Positions 1-9,837 of a stretch of DNA of 35,640 bases are shown piece after piece. Below the pieces are notes generated by a model. It ran no database searches. It was given only the letters and a program-made list of their open reading frames with translations, and was not told the origin of the DNA. Made by a program: the position numbers and the translations under genes. The first letter of the stretch is position 1. Each line of letters begins with the position of its first letter. The DNA is from a virus (Duplodnaviria > Heunggongvirae > Uroviricota > Caudoviricetes): IMG/VR virus record IMGVR_UViG_2684623059_000001. One strand, given 5' to 3'.

Positions 1-1074
1 TCATTTGTTGATTTCAATTTTGTCCCATTCTCTCCCTCGGCTGTCCCTATACCGCGCCGCCATTGAATCTGATTTATGCCCGAGAAGACGTTGAGCAAAC
101 TTATCGCCAATCTGATTCCGGTATAGCCTCGCCGACAGGCTACGCAGTTCATGGAATGTTGGCGGGTCTCCATCAAATGAGAGTCCAGATGCATTTCTCG
201 CCTTTGTAAAATACTTAGATACTGTTTTCGGGGAAAGCGGTTCGTGATGCGTTGATGCAATTATTGTTTCACTGCCGCTGGCCTCCCTGCATTTCTGTAG
301 TGTATCAGCCAATGAAATATTGAGCGCGTCAATCGTTAGCGTCAGCGGAATGGCGAGCTTAGCCCCTGTTTTACCCTGTTCAATGTGAAGATGGTTGTCG
401 TTTATGTCTGACCATTTCATTTTGCACAAATCGCCGACTCTCTGACCTGTAACGACGGCCAAATCCATCGCAAGCCTCAGCCAGATTGGGAGAGGTTCGG
501 CTGCATGGTGAATTGCGACATACTCATTAGCTGTCAGCCTTGAGCGCCTTACTTCTGACTTTGCTGTGCGGGTTGCTGTTACCGGATTCGTAGCCACATG
601 CCCCTCGGCTATTGCCTCACGAAAAACGTCAACAAGGGTTGACCTGATTAATTTTGCGGAAGCCGCTTTACCTTCTGCTACGTAGGTGTTTAGCATTGCT
701 GCCACCTCTTTCGTTGATATGTCTGCGAGCGGTTTGTCCGGCAATTTTCTTCGGATTGCCCTGATTTTGCTGGCGTAGTCGAGTAGAGTTTTCGGCCTGA
801 TACCCCTCTCGCTGAGGATTGTTTCATATCGGTCAAGCCACGCATGAAGAGTGATTGCGTCAGCGCCTTTAATTCTGTCTATCAGTGACTCACGCCTGTT
901 CCCGGATAGCAACTCAATATTGGCCTGTATAGCTTCAGTGATTGCTATACGTCTGTCTCGGCCTAATCCGAACTCTTTACCCGTCCTTGGGTCCCTGTAG
1001 CAGTAATATCCATTGTTTCTTATATAAAGATTAGGGGGTAAATCCCGGCGCTCATGACTTCGCCTTCTTCCCAT
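1..1074 (-). CDS. int: Phage integrase, tyrosine recombinase, lambda Int type
   Basis: 357-aa translation starts MGRRRSHERRDLPPNLYIRNNGYYCYRDPRTGKEFGLGRDRR and ends ...RGREWDKIEINK, collinear with lambda Int as I remember it; overlaps xis as in lambda. Confidence 0.95.
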   Translation of the reverse strand: MGRRRSHERRDLPPNLYIRNNGYYCYRDPRTGKEFGLGRDRRIAITEAIQANIELLSGNRRESLIDRIKGADAITLHAWLDRYETILSERGIRPKTLLDYASKIRAIRRKLPDKPLADISTKEVAAMLNTYVAEGKAASAKLIRSTLVDVFREAIAEGHVATNPVTATRTAKSEVRRSRLTANEYVAIHHAAEPLPIWLRLAMDLAVVTGQRVGDLCKMKWSDINDNHLHIEQGKTGAKLAIPLTLTIDALNISLADTLQKCREASGSETIIASTHHEPLSPKTVSKYFTKARNASGLSFDGDPPTFHELRSLSARLYRNQIGDKFAQRLLGHKSDSMAARYRDSRGREWDKIEINK

Positions 1075-1270
1075 TTCTGATCCTCTTCAAAAGGCTACCT
1101 GTTACTGGTCGATTTAAGTCAACCTTTACCGCTGATTCGTGGAACAGATACTCTCTTCCATCCTTAACCGGAGGAGGGAATATCCTGCACTCGCGTACCC
1201 ATCGACGAACTGTTTCAAGGCTTCTTGGGCGTCGCTGGCGTGCGTTCCACTCCTGAAGTGTCAAGTACAT
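1052..1270 (-). CDS. xis: Excisionase
   Basis: 72-aa translation MYLTLQEWNARQRRPRSLETVRRWVRECRIFPPPVKDGREYLFHES... matches lambda Xis almost residue for residue (from memory); 3' end overlaps int start. Confidence 0.93.
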   Translation of the reverse strand: MYLTLQEWNARQRRPRSLETVRRWVRECRIFPPPVKDGREYLFHESAVKVDLNRPVTGSLLKRIRNGKKAKS

Positions 1271-1375
1271 CGCAAAGTCTCCGCAATTACACGCAAGAAA
1301 AGCCGCATTGATGCGGCAATGGTAGGTCTGGATATCTTGAGAAATGAACAGGCCTCATCGAGTGTGAGGCTGTGG

Positions 1376-1720
1376 TTAGTCCTTGCGTAACTCACTAATT
1401 CTTCTGTAAGTCTCTGGTGCTTTGTTTCCGTGTATCTTCATTTCAGACTTCAACAGAGCAACGAGGGAATCCCATTCGTTGAGGATGCCTTTGAATGCCG
1501 GAACGCGCTTTGCAACCTTGTCGAATGAATCTCTGATTTCTGGAATCTGCTCAACAAGTGCAACGCATCGCCGGAAGTCTGCTGCGTCATGTGGAGCGCC
1601 GAAGTGATGACCATAGATATTCTTTTTCAGTCCACATGCGATTGAGGCAAGAGTTGCGCTACTAATGCCAACATCGCCAGTCGATTGCCATTTCAAAACC
1701 TTCATAGCCAAATCTGACAT
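1376..1720 (-). CDS. Hypothetical phage early-region protein (114 aa), function unknown
   Basis: Intact ORF co-oriented with xis and int immediately upstream of xis; I do not recognise a family. Confidence 0.55.
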   Translation of the reverse strand: MSDLAMKVLKWQSTGDVGISSATLASIACGLKKNIYGHHFGAPHDAADFRRCVALVEQIPEIRDSFDKVAKRVPAFKGILNEWDSLVALLKSEMKIHGNKAPETYRRISELRKD

Positions 1721-1820
1721 TTCTTGTCTCCATAAAACAAAACCCGCCGTAGCGAGTTCAGATAAAAGAAATCCCCGCGAGTGCGAGGATTGTTATTCAC
1801 CTTTAACGGCAAGTTGCAGG

Positions 1821-2057
1821 TTAGCCACGGTTTACCTCCTGCGGCGGTTCCGGTAGCGGCATCCAGTGAGTTGCTTGCTCAATACCATTACCCGGCTTAA
1901 TCGTTGCATCTCCGCGCCGAAAGGTGCTTCCGGTATAGCGTGCGGAGCATATTAGCGGTTCAACCAGAGAGCTATCGAAATTCACCGAAATAAGCACGTT
2001 CTGGCCCTTTTCAGGCATTCGCTCACTACAGCTTATCCAACCATCCGGAGTTACCGG
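1821..2057 (-). pseudogene. 3' fragment of an unidentified early-left-operon gene, truncated by the IS911 junction
   Basis: The minus-strand frame of ORF 1821..2018 stays open upstream (PVTPDGWISCSER before the listed Met) right up to the IS911 end at 2058, so the listed Met is probably internal. Confidence 0.45.
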
Positions 2058-2129
2058 TGAAGTGGCACACTGAATTTGGCCACCTGAACAGAGGTGATAT
2101 GCTCACCTCAGAACAACACAGGTGCTCCA

Positions 2130-3298
<1,169 letters not shown>

Positions 3299-3306
3299 CC
3301 ACTTCA

Positions 3307-3396
3307 ATGCTGGAAGTTCACGTGTGTGAGCACTGCTGCGCAGAGCTGATGAGCGATTCGAATAGCTCGATGCACGAGGAAGAAGATGATGGCTAA
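3307..3396 (+). pseudogene. ninF: ninF 3' remnant (last ~29 codons) abutting the IS911 right end
   Basis: Frame reads (M)[28 protein letters not shown] then stop, matching the lambda NinF C-terminus as I remember it; the NinF N-terminus is not present left of the IS. Confidence 0.7.
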
Positions 3397-4009
3397 ACCA
3401 GCGCGAAGACGATGTAAAAACGATGAATGTCGGGAATGGTTTCACCCTGCATTCGCTAATCAGTGGTGGTGCTCTCCAGAGTGTGGAACCAAGATAGCAC
3501 TCGAACGACGAAGCAAAGAACGCGAAAAAGCGGAAAAGGCAGAAAAGGCAGCAGAGAAGAAACGACGACGAGAGGAGCAGAAACAGAAAGATAAACTTAA
3601 GATTCAAAAACTCGCCTTAAAGCCCCGCAGTTACTGGATTAAACAAGCCCAACAAGCCGTAAACGCCTTCATCAGAGAAAGAGACCGCGACTTACCATGT
3701 ATCTCATGCGGAACGCTCACGTCTGCTCAGTGGGATGCCGGACATTACCGGACAACTGCTGCGGCACCTCAACTCCGATTTGATGAACGCAATATTCACA
3801 AGCAATGCGTGGTGTGCAACCAGCACAAAAGCGGAAATCTCGTTCCGTATCGAGTCGAACTGATTAACCGCATCGGGCAGGAAGCAGTAGACGAAATCGA
3901 ATCAAACCATAGCCGCCATCGCTGGACTGTCGAAGAGTGCAAGGCGATCAAGGCAGAGTACCAACAGAAACTCAAAGACCTGCGAAATAGCAGAAGTGAG
4001 GCCGCATGA
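3386..4009 (+). CDS. ninG: NinG (Rap) recombination-associated protein
   Basis: Translation [36 protein letters not shown]...CISCGT...[11 protein letters not shown] is lambda NinG-like; the start may be the second ATG at 3389. Confidence 0.9.
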   Translation: MMAKPARRRCKNDECREWFHPAFANQWWCSPECGTKIALERRSKEREKAEKAEKAAEKKRRREEQKQKDKLKIQKLALKPRSYWIKQAQQAVNAFIRERDRDLPCISCGTLTSAQWDAGHYRTTAAAPQLRFDERNIHKQCVVCNQHKSGNLVPYRVELINRIGQEAVDEIESNHSRHRWTVEECKAIKAEYQQKLKDLRNSRSEAA

Positions 4010-4212
4010 CGTTCTCAGTAAAAACCATTCCAGACATGCTCGTTGAAGCATACGGAAACCAGACAGAAGTAGCACGCAGACTGAAATGTAGTCGCGGTAC
4101 GGTCAGAAAATACGTTGATGATAAAGACGGGAAAATGCACGCCATCGTCAACGACGTTCTCATGGTTCATCGCGGATGGAGTGAAAGAGATGTGCTATTA
4201 CGAAAGAATTGA
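4006..4212 (+). CDS. ninH: NinH
   Basis: 68-aa translation [58 protein letters not shown] matches lambda NinH from memory; start overlaps ninG stop. Confidence 0.85.
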   Translation: MTFSVKTIPDMLVEAYGNQTEVARRLKCSRGTVRKYVDDKDGKMHAIVNDVLMVHRGWSERDVLLRKN

Positions 4213-4855
4213 TGGCAGCAAATACCGAAATATTTGGGTAGCTGGCGACCTGCACGGATGCTACACGAACCTGATGAACAAACTGGATACGATTGGATTC
4301 GATAACAAAAAAGACCTGCTTATCTCGGTGGGCGATTTGGTTGATCGCGGTACAGAGAACGTTGAATGTCTGGAATTAATCACATTCCCCTGGTTCAGAG
4401 TTGTACGTGGAAACCATGAGCAAATGATGATTGATGGCTTATCAGAGCGTGGAAACGTCAATCACTGGCTGCTTAATGGCGGTGGCTGGTTCTTTAATCT
4501 CGATTACGACAAAGAAATTCTGGCTAAAGCTCTTGCCCATAAAGCAGAAGAACTTCCGTTAATCATCGAACTGGTGAGCAAAGGTAAAAAATATGTCATC
4601 TGCCACGCCGATTATCCTTGTGACGAATACGAATTTGGAAAGCCAGTTGATCATCAGCAGGTAATCTGGAACCGCGAACGAATCAGCAACTCACAAGACG
4701 GGATCGTGAAAGAAATTAAAGGCGCGGACACGTTCATCTTTGGTCATACGCCAGCAGTGAAACCACTCAAGTTTGCCAACCAGATGTATATCGATACTGG
4801 CGCAGTGTTCTGCGGAAACCTCACATTGATTCAGGTACAGGGAGAAGGCGCATGA
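4190..4855 (+). CDS. ninI: Lambda-type serine/threonine protein phosphatase (NinI)
   Basis: Metallophosphatase motifs GDLHG, GDLVDRG and GNHE in the translation; ATG at 4190 gives the 221-aa lambda length, the listed ORF start at 4115 overlaps ninH. Confidence 0.88.
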   Translation: MCYYERIDGSKYRNIWVAGDLHGCYTNLMNKLDTIGFDNKKDLLISVGDLVDRGTENVECLELITFPWFRVVRGNHEQMMIDGLSERGNVNHWLLNGGGWFFNLDYDKEILAKALAHKAEELPLIIELVSKGKKYVICHADYPCDEYEFGKPVDHQQVIWNRERISNSQDGIVKEIKGADTFIFGHTPAVKPLKFANQMYIDTGAVFCGNLTLIQVQGEGA

Positions 4856-5475
4856 GACTCGAAAGCGTAGCTAAATTTCATTCGCCAAAAAGCCCGATGA
4901 TGAGCGACTCACCACGGGCTACGGCTTCTGACTCTCTTTCCGGTACTGATGTGATGGCTGCTATGGGGATGGCGCAATCACAAGCCGGATTCGGAATGGC
5001 TGCATTCTGCGGTAAGCACGAACTCAGCCAGAAAGACAAACAAAAGGCCATCAACTATCTGATGCAATTTGCACACAAGGTATCGGGGAAATACCGTGGT
5101 GTGGCAAAGCTTGAAGGAAATACTAAGGCAAAGGTGCTGCAAGTGCTCGCAACATTCGCTTATGCGGATTATTGCCGTAGTGCCGCGACGCCGGGCGCAA
5201 GATGCAGAGATTGCCACGGTACAGGCCGTGCGGTTGATATAGCCAAAACAGAGCAGTGGGGGAGAGTTGTCGAGAAAGAGTGCGGAAGATGCAAAGGCAT
5301 CGGCTATTCAAGGATGCCAGCAAGCGCCGCATATCGCGCTGTGACGATGCTAATCCCAAACCTTACCCAACCCACCTGGTCACGCACTGTTAAGCCGCTG
5401 TATGACGCTCTGGTGGTGCAATGCCACAAGGAAGAGTCAATTGCAGACAACATTTTGAATACGGTCACACGTTAG
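4852..5475 (+). CDS. Q: Late-gene antiterminator Q (lambda type)
   Basis: 207-aa translation [33 protein letters not shown]...[12 protein letters not shown]...CGRCKGIGY matches lambda Q with its zinc-binding cysteines; start overlaps ninI stop. Confidence 0.93.
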   Translation: MRLESVAKFHSPKSPMMSDSPRATASDSLSGTDVMAAMGMAQSQAGFGMAAFCGKHELSQKDKQKAINYLMQFAHKVSGKYRGVAKLEGNTKAKVLQVLATFAYADYCRSAATPGARCRDCHGTGRAVDIAKTEQWGRVVEKECGRCKGIGYSRMPASAAYRAVTMLIPNLTQPTWSRTVKPLYDALVVQCHKEESIADNILNTVTR

Positions 5476-5517
5476 CAGCATGATTGCCACGGATGGCAAC
5501 GTATTAATGGCATAATA

Positions 5518-5546
5518 TTGACTTTTTGAATAACTTTGGGTAAATT
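5518..5546 (+). promoter_or_regulatory. Late promoter pR' (with overlapping qut region) for Q-dependent transcription
   Basis: ttgact (5518..5523), 17-bp spacer, taaatt (5541..5546), in the string ttgactttttgaataactttgggtaaatttgac, which closely resembles the lambda pR' region as I recall it; lies directly after Q. Confidence 0.6.
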
Positions 5547-5754
5547 TGACGCCAACAATGGGTGTTTTTTGCCTGCCATTGATGAATCTCAATAACCTGC
5601 CACCGAGTAGTTTTTATGCCCTGAATTGTATTTGTGTAGTAAACATGCTGACTGCAATGTAATAGAGTTTTTTTAGCCTGTAACCTCTTGACGGCATTGA
5701 ATTGCTTTTGTTATGAGTTGTAAGCCAATGTTATCATCTTGTATTGGGGTGGTT

Positions 5755-6471
5755 ATGAAGGATGGTGCGCTGCTCAGGAGTTCTTCACTTTTTATTGCCT
5801 ATATGGGATGCCTTGGATGGGGGAGTGCTTATTTCTATGGATGGGGTACTTCTTTTTACTACGGCTTCCCATGGTGGATTGTAGGTGCAGGTGTTGATGA
5901 TGTTGCCAGAAGTTTATTTTTTGCAGTTATCGTCATTGCTATATTTCTTATCGGTTGGGGTATTGGTGTTGTATTCTTTTTCGCAGTGAAAAGAAAACAT
6001 TCTATGCAAGAGCTAAATGTATTTCGCCTTTATTTTGCTGTGGAATTATTGTTTGTGCCGGCAATTATTGAGTTTTCTATATTGAGACAGAAGATTCAGG
6101 TACCTCTTTTGCTACTGTCAGCAGCGATTGCGCTGGCGGTTACAATTTCGATAAGATCTTATGGGCGATTTTTATCGGTATCATGCTTCTATGATAAGCC
6201 ATTTATAAAAAAACATTTTTTTGAGATTGTGATGATTGCTTTTGTGGCATATTTCTGGCTTTTTTCATTTCTGACAGGATATTACAAACCACAGTTTAAG
6301 AAAGAATATGAAATGATTAATTATAATGATGGTTGGTATTATGTTCTTGCTCGTTATGATAATTGTCTGGTTTTGTCTACTTCTTTCAATGCAGGTAGTA
6401 AAAGGTTTGTCATTTATCAATCAGCACAAGATAAGAATCTTCAGGTTGATATTGTAAGGACCAGAATTTAA
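5755..6471 (+). CDS. Hypothetical polytopic inner-membrane protein (about 238 aa), AT-rich insert downstream of Q
   Basis: Long open frame in visibly AT-rich DNA; about five hydrophobic segments (for example FFAVIVIAIFLIGWGIGVVFFFAV) then a ~60-aa hydrophilic C-terminal domain. ATG at 5755 is preceded by ggggtgg; an alternative ATG at 5713 is listed. Confidence 0.6.
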   Translation: MKDGALLRSSSLFIAYMGCLGWGSAYFYGWGTSFYYGFPWWIVGAGVDDVARSLFFAVIVIAIFLIGWGIGVVFFFAVKRKHSMQELNVFRLYFAVELLFVPAIIEFSILRQKIQVPLLLLSAAIALAVTISIRSYGRFLSVSCFYDKPFIKKHFFEIVMIAFVAYFWLFSFLTGYYKPQFKKEYEMINYNDGWYYVLARYDNCLVLSTSFNAGSKRFVIYQSAQDKNLQVDIVRTRI

Positions 6472-6930
6472 TTGGCTGCATAAATAATATTTTAAGTTGC
6501 AAGTTGGCTATTCGTAGGAATAGAACCTTAGACATGCAGAATGCGTTTTCTGAACATTGTTTTGTAAACCGTGTCTGCTTGCTGTTGTGATCCTGCTTTT
6601 AGTGATGGTGATAATGGATTTCACCAGCAGAATTATGTCGGTGCTGGCGGATGGCGTTCTGGTCTGCAGCATTATGGTATTGCTGTGGCCTATGATGAAA
6701 AAATAGACTGAATAATGCTTGATTTTTTTGTTTGCTGTTTATTAAAAACATTTCTGCATGGTGAATTCCCCTGTATGGGGGGGCGACTGGTGAATGTCGA
6801 ATACTTCGATTAATTGTCGATTGGCGGCTGACGCGGGTTCGGTTGCACCAGGCTGAACTCACCGGGAAGCTCCCGGTACCATGCGTATATCACAATTGTT
6901 ATTCCAGTTATCATTTTCCTTGTGAGTTTT

Positions 6931-6957
6931 GGCTGCGCATGGCGCGGCCTTTTTTTA
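6931..6957 (+). terminator. Candidate rho-independent terminator upstream of nanS-p
   Basis: ggctgcgc / atgg / gcgcggcc stem-loop (one G-U pair) followed by ttttttt. Confidence 0.4.
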
Positions 6958-7049
6958 CGGCCTGCTATTGGCAGATGTTCATCCTGTGATTTTCTTCTGT
7001 TCCTGCTCCGGCCTTTCCCTACTTTATTCCTGTGCATGAGAGAAATTTG

Positions 7050-8903
7050 ATGTCGATTAAACGTTATGATTTGGTCAGGGCTGCCTCGCCGTCAGATCTG
7101 GCGGAAAAACTGACACAAAAGCTGAAAGAGGGCTGGCAGCCATACGGCGGACCGGTTGCCATTACGCCGTACACACTGATGCAGGCGGTGGCTATTGAAG
7201 GAGATCCACAGGTCGGCCCTTCATCTGAGCCGGACTGGTTCTACGTGGTTGTGCTTGCCGGACAGTCCAACGGCATGGCCTACGGTGAAGGGCTTCCGTT
7301 GCCGGATTCTTACGATGCTCCGGATCCGCGCATTAAACAGCTGGCGCGCCGCAGCACGGTAACTCCGGGTGGAGAGAGTTGTACGTATAACGACATCATC
7401 CCGGCTGACCACTGTCTGCATGATGTGCAGGATATGAGTACGCTGAATCATCCGAGGGCTGACCTAAGCAAAGGTCAGTATGGCTGTGTGGGGCAGGGAC
7501 TTCATATTGCCAAAAAACTGCTCCCGTATATCCCGAATAATGCGGGGATCCTGCTGGTACCATGCTGTCGTGGTGGTTCGGCATTTACCCTGGGCGCGGA
7601 GGGGACATTCAGTGCGGACACGGGGGCCAGCCAGGATTCGGCGCGCTGGGGTGTGGGTAAACCGTTATATCAGGACCTGATTGTGCGCACCAAAGCTGCA
7701 TTACAGAAGAACCAGAAAAATGTGTTGCTGGCGGTGTGCTGGATGCAGGGAGAGTTTGACATGAGCGCCGCCACCTACGCACAGCAACCTGCGCTGTTTA
7801 CAGCCATGCTGAAGCAGTTTCGTGCTGACCTCACTGTGTTTAACGCGCAGTGTCATGGTGGCAGTGCTGTAAATGTGCCGTGGATTTGTGGTGACACGAC
7901 GTATTACTGGAAAAACACCTACGGCACGCAGTACAACACCATTTACGGGGCGTACAAAAACAGGGAGAGTGAGGGCGTTTATTTTGTGCCGTTCATGACA
8001 GACGGTAACGGCGTCAATACCGCCACTAATGCGCCGGCAGAAGATCCAGATATTCCGGCATCAGGATATTACGGTGCGGCATCGAGAACGAATGGAAACC
8101 AGGTATCATCAAACCGCCCGACACATTTTAGTTCATGGGCGCGCAGGAGCATTATTTCGGATCGCCTGGCAACCGCTATTCTGAACGCAGCCGGGCGCAC
8201 CTCAGCCTTCATCAGTGGTAAGGCACCGGAAATCAACCCCTCGCCCGGCGGCGATACGCCATCGGGGCCGTCTGATAGCGAAACATCCGTCCGCACAGTC
8301 TCCCTGCTGCCGGCAGACGGAGAGGCTGCTACGCAGGGCTGGACTATTAAAGATGGCGGAATTCAGCTGGCAGATGGTGTATTTAAGATCACCAAGCAGA
8401 GCAATAAAACCTGGTCCCTGGCGCATCCGGTGGATGACGCAATTACCCTGCTGACACAGGGCGGCAGGCTGACTTGTAAGTTCCGCCTGTCTGGAGCTCT
8501 GACTAATAATCAGTTCGGGCTGGGGATTTATCTGTATACGGACGCTCCCGTTCCTGATGGTGTGGCGATGACGGGTACCGGTAATCCGTTCCTGATGTCG
8601 TACTTCACTCAGACCACTGACGGTAGACTGAATCTGATGCATCACAGGAAAGCAGGAAACACGAAGCTGGGGGAATTTGGGGGCTACAGTAACGACTGGC
8701 AGACGCTGGAGCTGGTGTTCACCGCCGGCAGTGCCACGGTTACTCCGAAACTGAATGGAGTGGCTGGCCCGGCATTCCAGGTTATAAAAGACAGTCTGAC
8801 TCTGGGACTGAATGCGCTGACGCTGACGGATGTTACAAAAAATGCAGCGTATGGCGTTGAGATAGAAAGTCTGATGCTGGAGATAAATGCACCGGCATCA
8901 TAA
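7050..8903 (+). CDS. nanS-p: Prophage sialate O-acetylesterase (NanS-p type, N-terminal DUF1737 plus SGNH/SASA esterase domain)
   Basis: N-terminus MSIKRYDLVRA... and a GQSN motif near the start of the esterase domain; position after Q and before the lysis genes matches 933W-type phages. ATG at 7050 preferred over the GTG at 7032. Confidence 0.78.
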   Translation: MSIKRYDLVRAASPSDLAEKLTQKLKEGWQPYGGPVAITPYTLMQAVAIEGDPQVGPSSEPDWFYVVVLAGQSNGMAYGEGLPLPDSYDAPDPRIKQLARRSTVTPGGESCTYNDIIPADHCLHDVQDMSTLNHPRADLSKGQYGCVGQGLHIAKKLLPYIPNNAGILLVPCCRGGSAFTLGAEGTFSADTGASQDSARWGVGKPLYQDLIVRTKAALQKNQKNVLLAVCWMQGEFDMSAATYAQQPALFTAMLKQFRADLTVFNAQCHGGSAVNVPWICGDTTYYWKNTYGTQYNTIYGAYKNRESEGVYFVPFMTDGNGVNTATNAPAEDPDIPASGYYGAASRTNGNQVSSNRPTHFSSWARRSIISDRLATAILNAAGRTSAFISGKAPEINPSPGGDTPSGPSDSETSVRTVSLLPADGEAATQGWTIKDGGIQLADGVFKITKQSNKTWSLAHPVDDAITLLTQGGRLTCKFRLSGALTNNQFGLGIYLYTDAPVPDGVAMTGTGNPFLMSYFTQTTDGRLNLMHHRKAGNTKLGEFGGYSNDWQTLELVFTAGSATVTPKLNGVAGPAFQVIKDSLTLGLNALTLTDVTKNAAYGVEIESLMLEINAPAS

Positions 8904-9060
8904 TAAAAAAACGCCAGCGTAGTAGAAGAGAAGATTACGCTGGCGTAGGGATATACCCCGTGGAGAAATGATATGTAACACATATCGGGGATATTTCTAT
9001 ATAAACATTATAATTATTGTCAATCATAATGGTCAGGTATTATGACGTTTATGCATCAGA

Positions 9061-9089
9061 GCCATCAGTAATTAACTGGTGGCTTTTTT
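9061..9089 (+). terminator. Candidate rho-independent terminator between nanS-p and the holin gene
   Basis: gccatcag / taattaa / ctggtggc hairpin (one G-U pair) followed by tttttt. Confidence 0.4.
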
Positions 9090-9124
9090 ATTGTTGTCAG
9101 CTTCCGGATAACGGGAGACGGGGT

Positions 9125-9340
9125 ATGTACCAGATGGAAAAAATCACAACAGGTGTGTCATACACCACGTCAGCGGTGGGGACGGGATACTGGTTACTGC
9201 AGCTGCTGGACAAAGTCTCTCCATCCCAGTGGGTGGCGATAGGTGTGCTAGGGAGCTTGGTTTTTGGCCTGCTGACGTACCTGACAAACCTTTATTTCAA
9301 GATAAAAGAAGACAAGCGTAAGGCTGCGAGAGGTGAATAA
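9125..9340 (+). CDS. S: Holin, phage 21 S-type pinholin with dual-start motif
   Basis: 71-aa translation [45 protein letters not shown]...KRKAARGE resembles the S21 pinholin; two Met codons three residues apart suggest holin/antiholin starts. The listed ORF start at 9017 is an extension. Confidence 0.9.
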   Translation: MYQMEKITTGVSYTTSAVGTGYWLLQLLDKVSPSQWVAIGVLGSLVFGLLTYLTNLYFKIKEDKRKAARGE

Positions 9341-9837
9341 TGCCTCCATCATTACGAAAAGCTGTTGCAGCTGCTATTGGTGGCGGGGCTATTGCTATAG
9401 CATCTGTGTTAATTACTGGCCCAAGTGGTAACGATGGTCTGGAAGGTGTCAGCTACATACCATACAAAGATATTGTTGGTGTATGGACTGTATGTCACGG
9501 ACACACCGGAAAAGACATCATACTAGGTAAAACGTATACCGAAGTAGAATGCAAAGCCCTCCTGAATAAAGACCTTGCCACGGTCGCCAGACAAATTAAC
9601 CCGTACATCGAAGTCGATATACCGGAAACAACGCGCGGCGCTCTTTATTCGTTCGTTTACAACGTGGGCGCAGGCAATTTCAGAACATCGACTTTTCTTC
9701 GCAAAATAAACCAGGGTGATATCAAAGGCGCATGTGATCAGCTACGGCGTTGGACATACGCTGGCGGTAAGCAATGGAAAGGGCTGATGACTCGCCGCGA
9801 GATTGAGCGTGAAGTCTGTTTGTGGGGACAACAATGA
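9340..9837 (+). CDS. R: SAR endolysin (signal-anchor-release lysozyme, phage 21 R type)
   Basis: N-terminal hydrophobic Gly/Ala-rich SAR segment [20 protein letters not shown] followed by a T4-lysozyme-like domain; start overlaps the holin stop. Confidence 0.9.
   Translation: MPPSLRKAVAAAIGGGAIAIASVLITGPSGNDGLEGVSYIPYKDIVGVWTVCHGHTGKDIILGKTYTEVECKALLNKDLATVARQINPYIEVDIPETTRGALYSFVYNVGAGNFRTSTFLRKINQGDIKGACDQLRRWTYAGGKQWKGLMTRREIEREVCLWGQQ

Noticed and set aside
6599-7037. Minus-strand ORFs 6599..6862 (87 aa, His-rich C-terminus) and 6810..7037 (75 aa, highly basic)
   Set aside because: Low-complexity, compositionally odd translations with no start context; they overlap the terminator hairpin and the nanS-p leader, and the plus-strand mini-ORF is a more plausible product of this DNA.
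5476-7049. Searched the Q-to-nanS-p interval for Shiga toxin genes and for the tRNA genes found there in Stx phages
   Set aside because: No stx-like A or B subunit ORFs and no tRNA-like sequences (no GTTCGAATC-type T-arm motifs) were seen; the interval instead holds the membrane-protein gene and short hydrophobic ORF reported above.
7032-7049. GTG at 7032 as the nanS-p start (giving MHERNL before MSIKRY)
   Set aside because: The ATG at 7050 gives the usual DUF1737 N-terminus MSIKRYDLV and has a purine-rich stretch upstream; the GTG extension is probably a track artefact.
9017-9124. Upstream 36-codon extension of the holin ORF ([12 protein letters not shown]...)
   Set aside because: The S21-type pinholin is 71 aa and begins at the MYQMEK dual-start motif; the extension overlaps a terminator-like hairpin and is not part of known holins.
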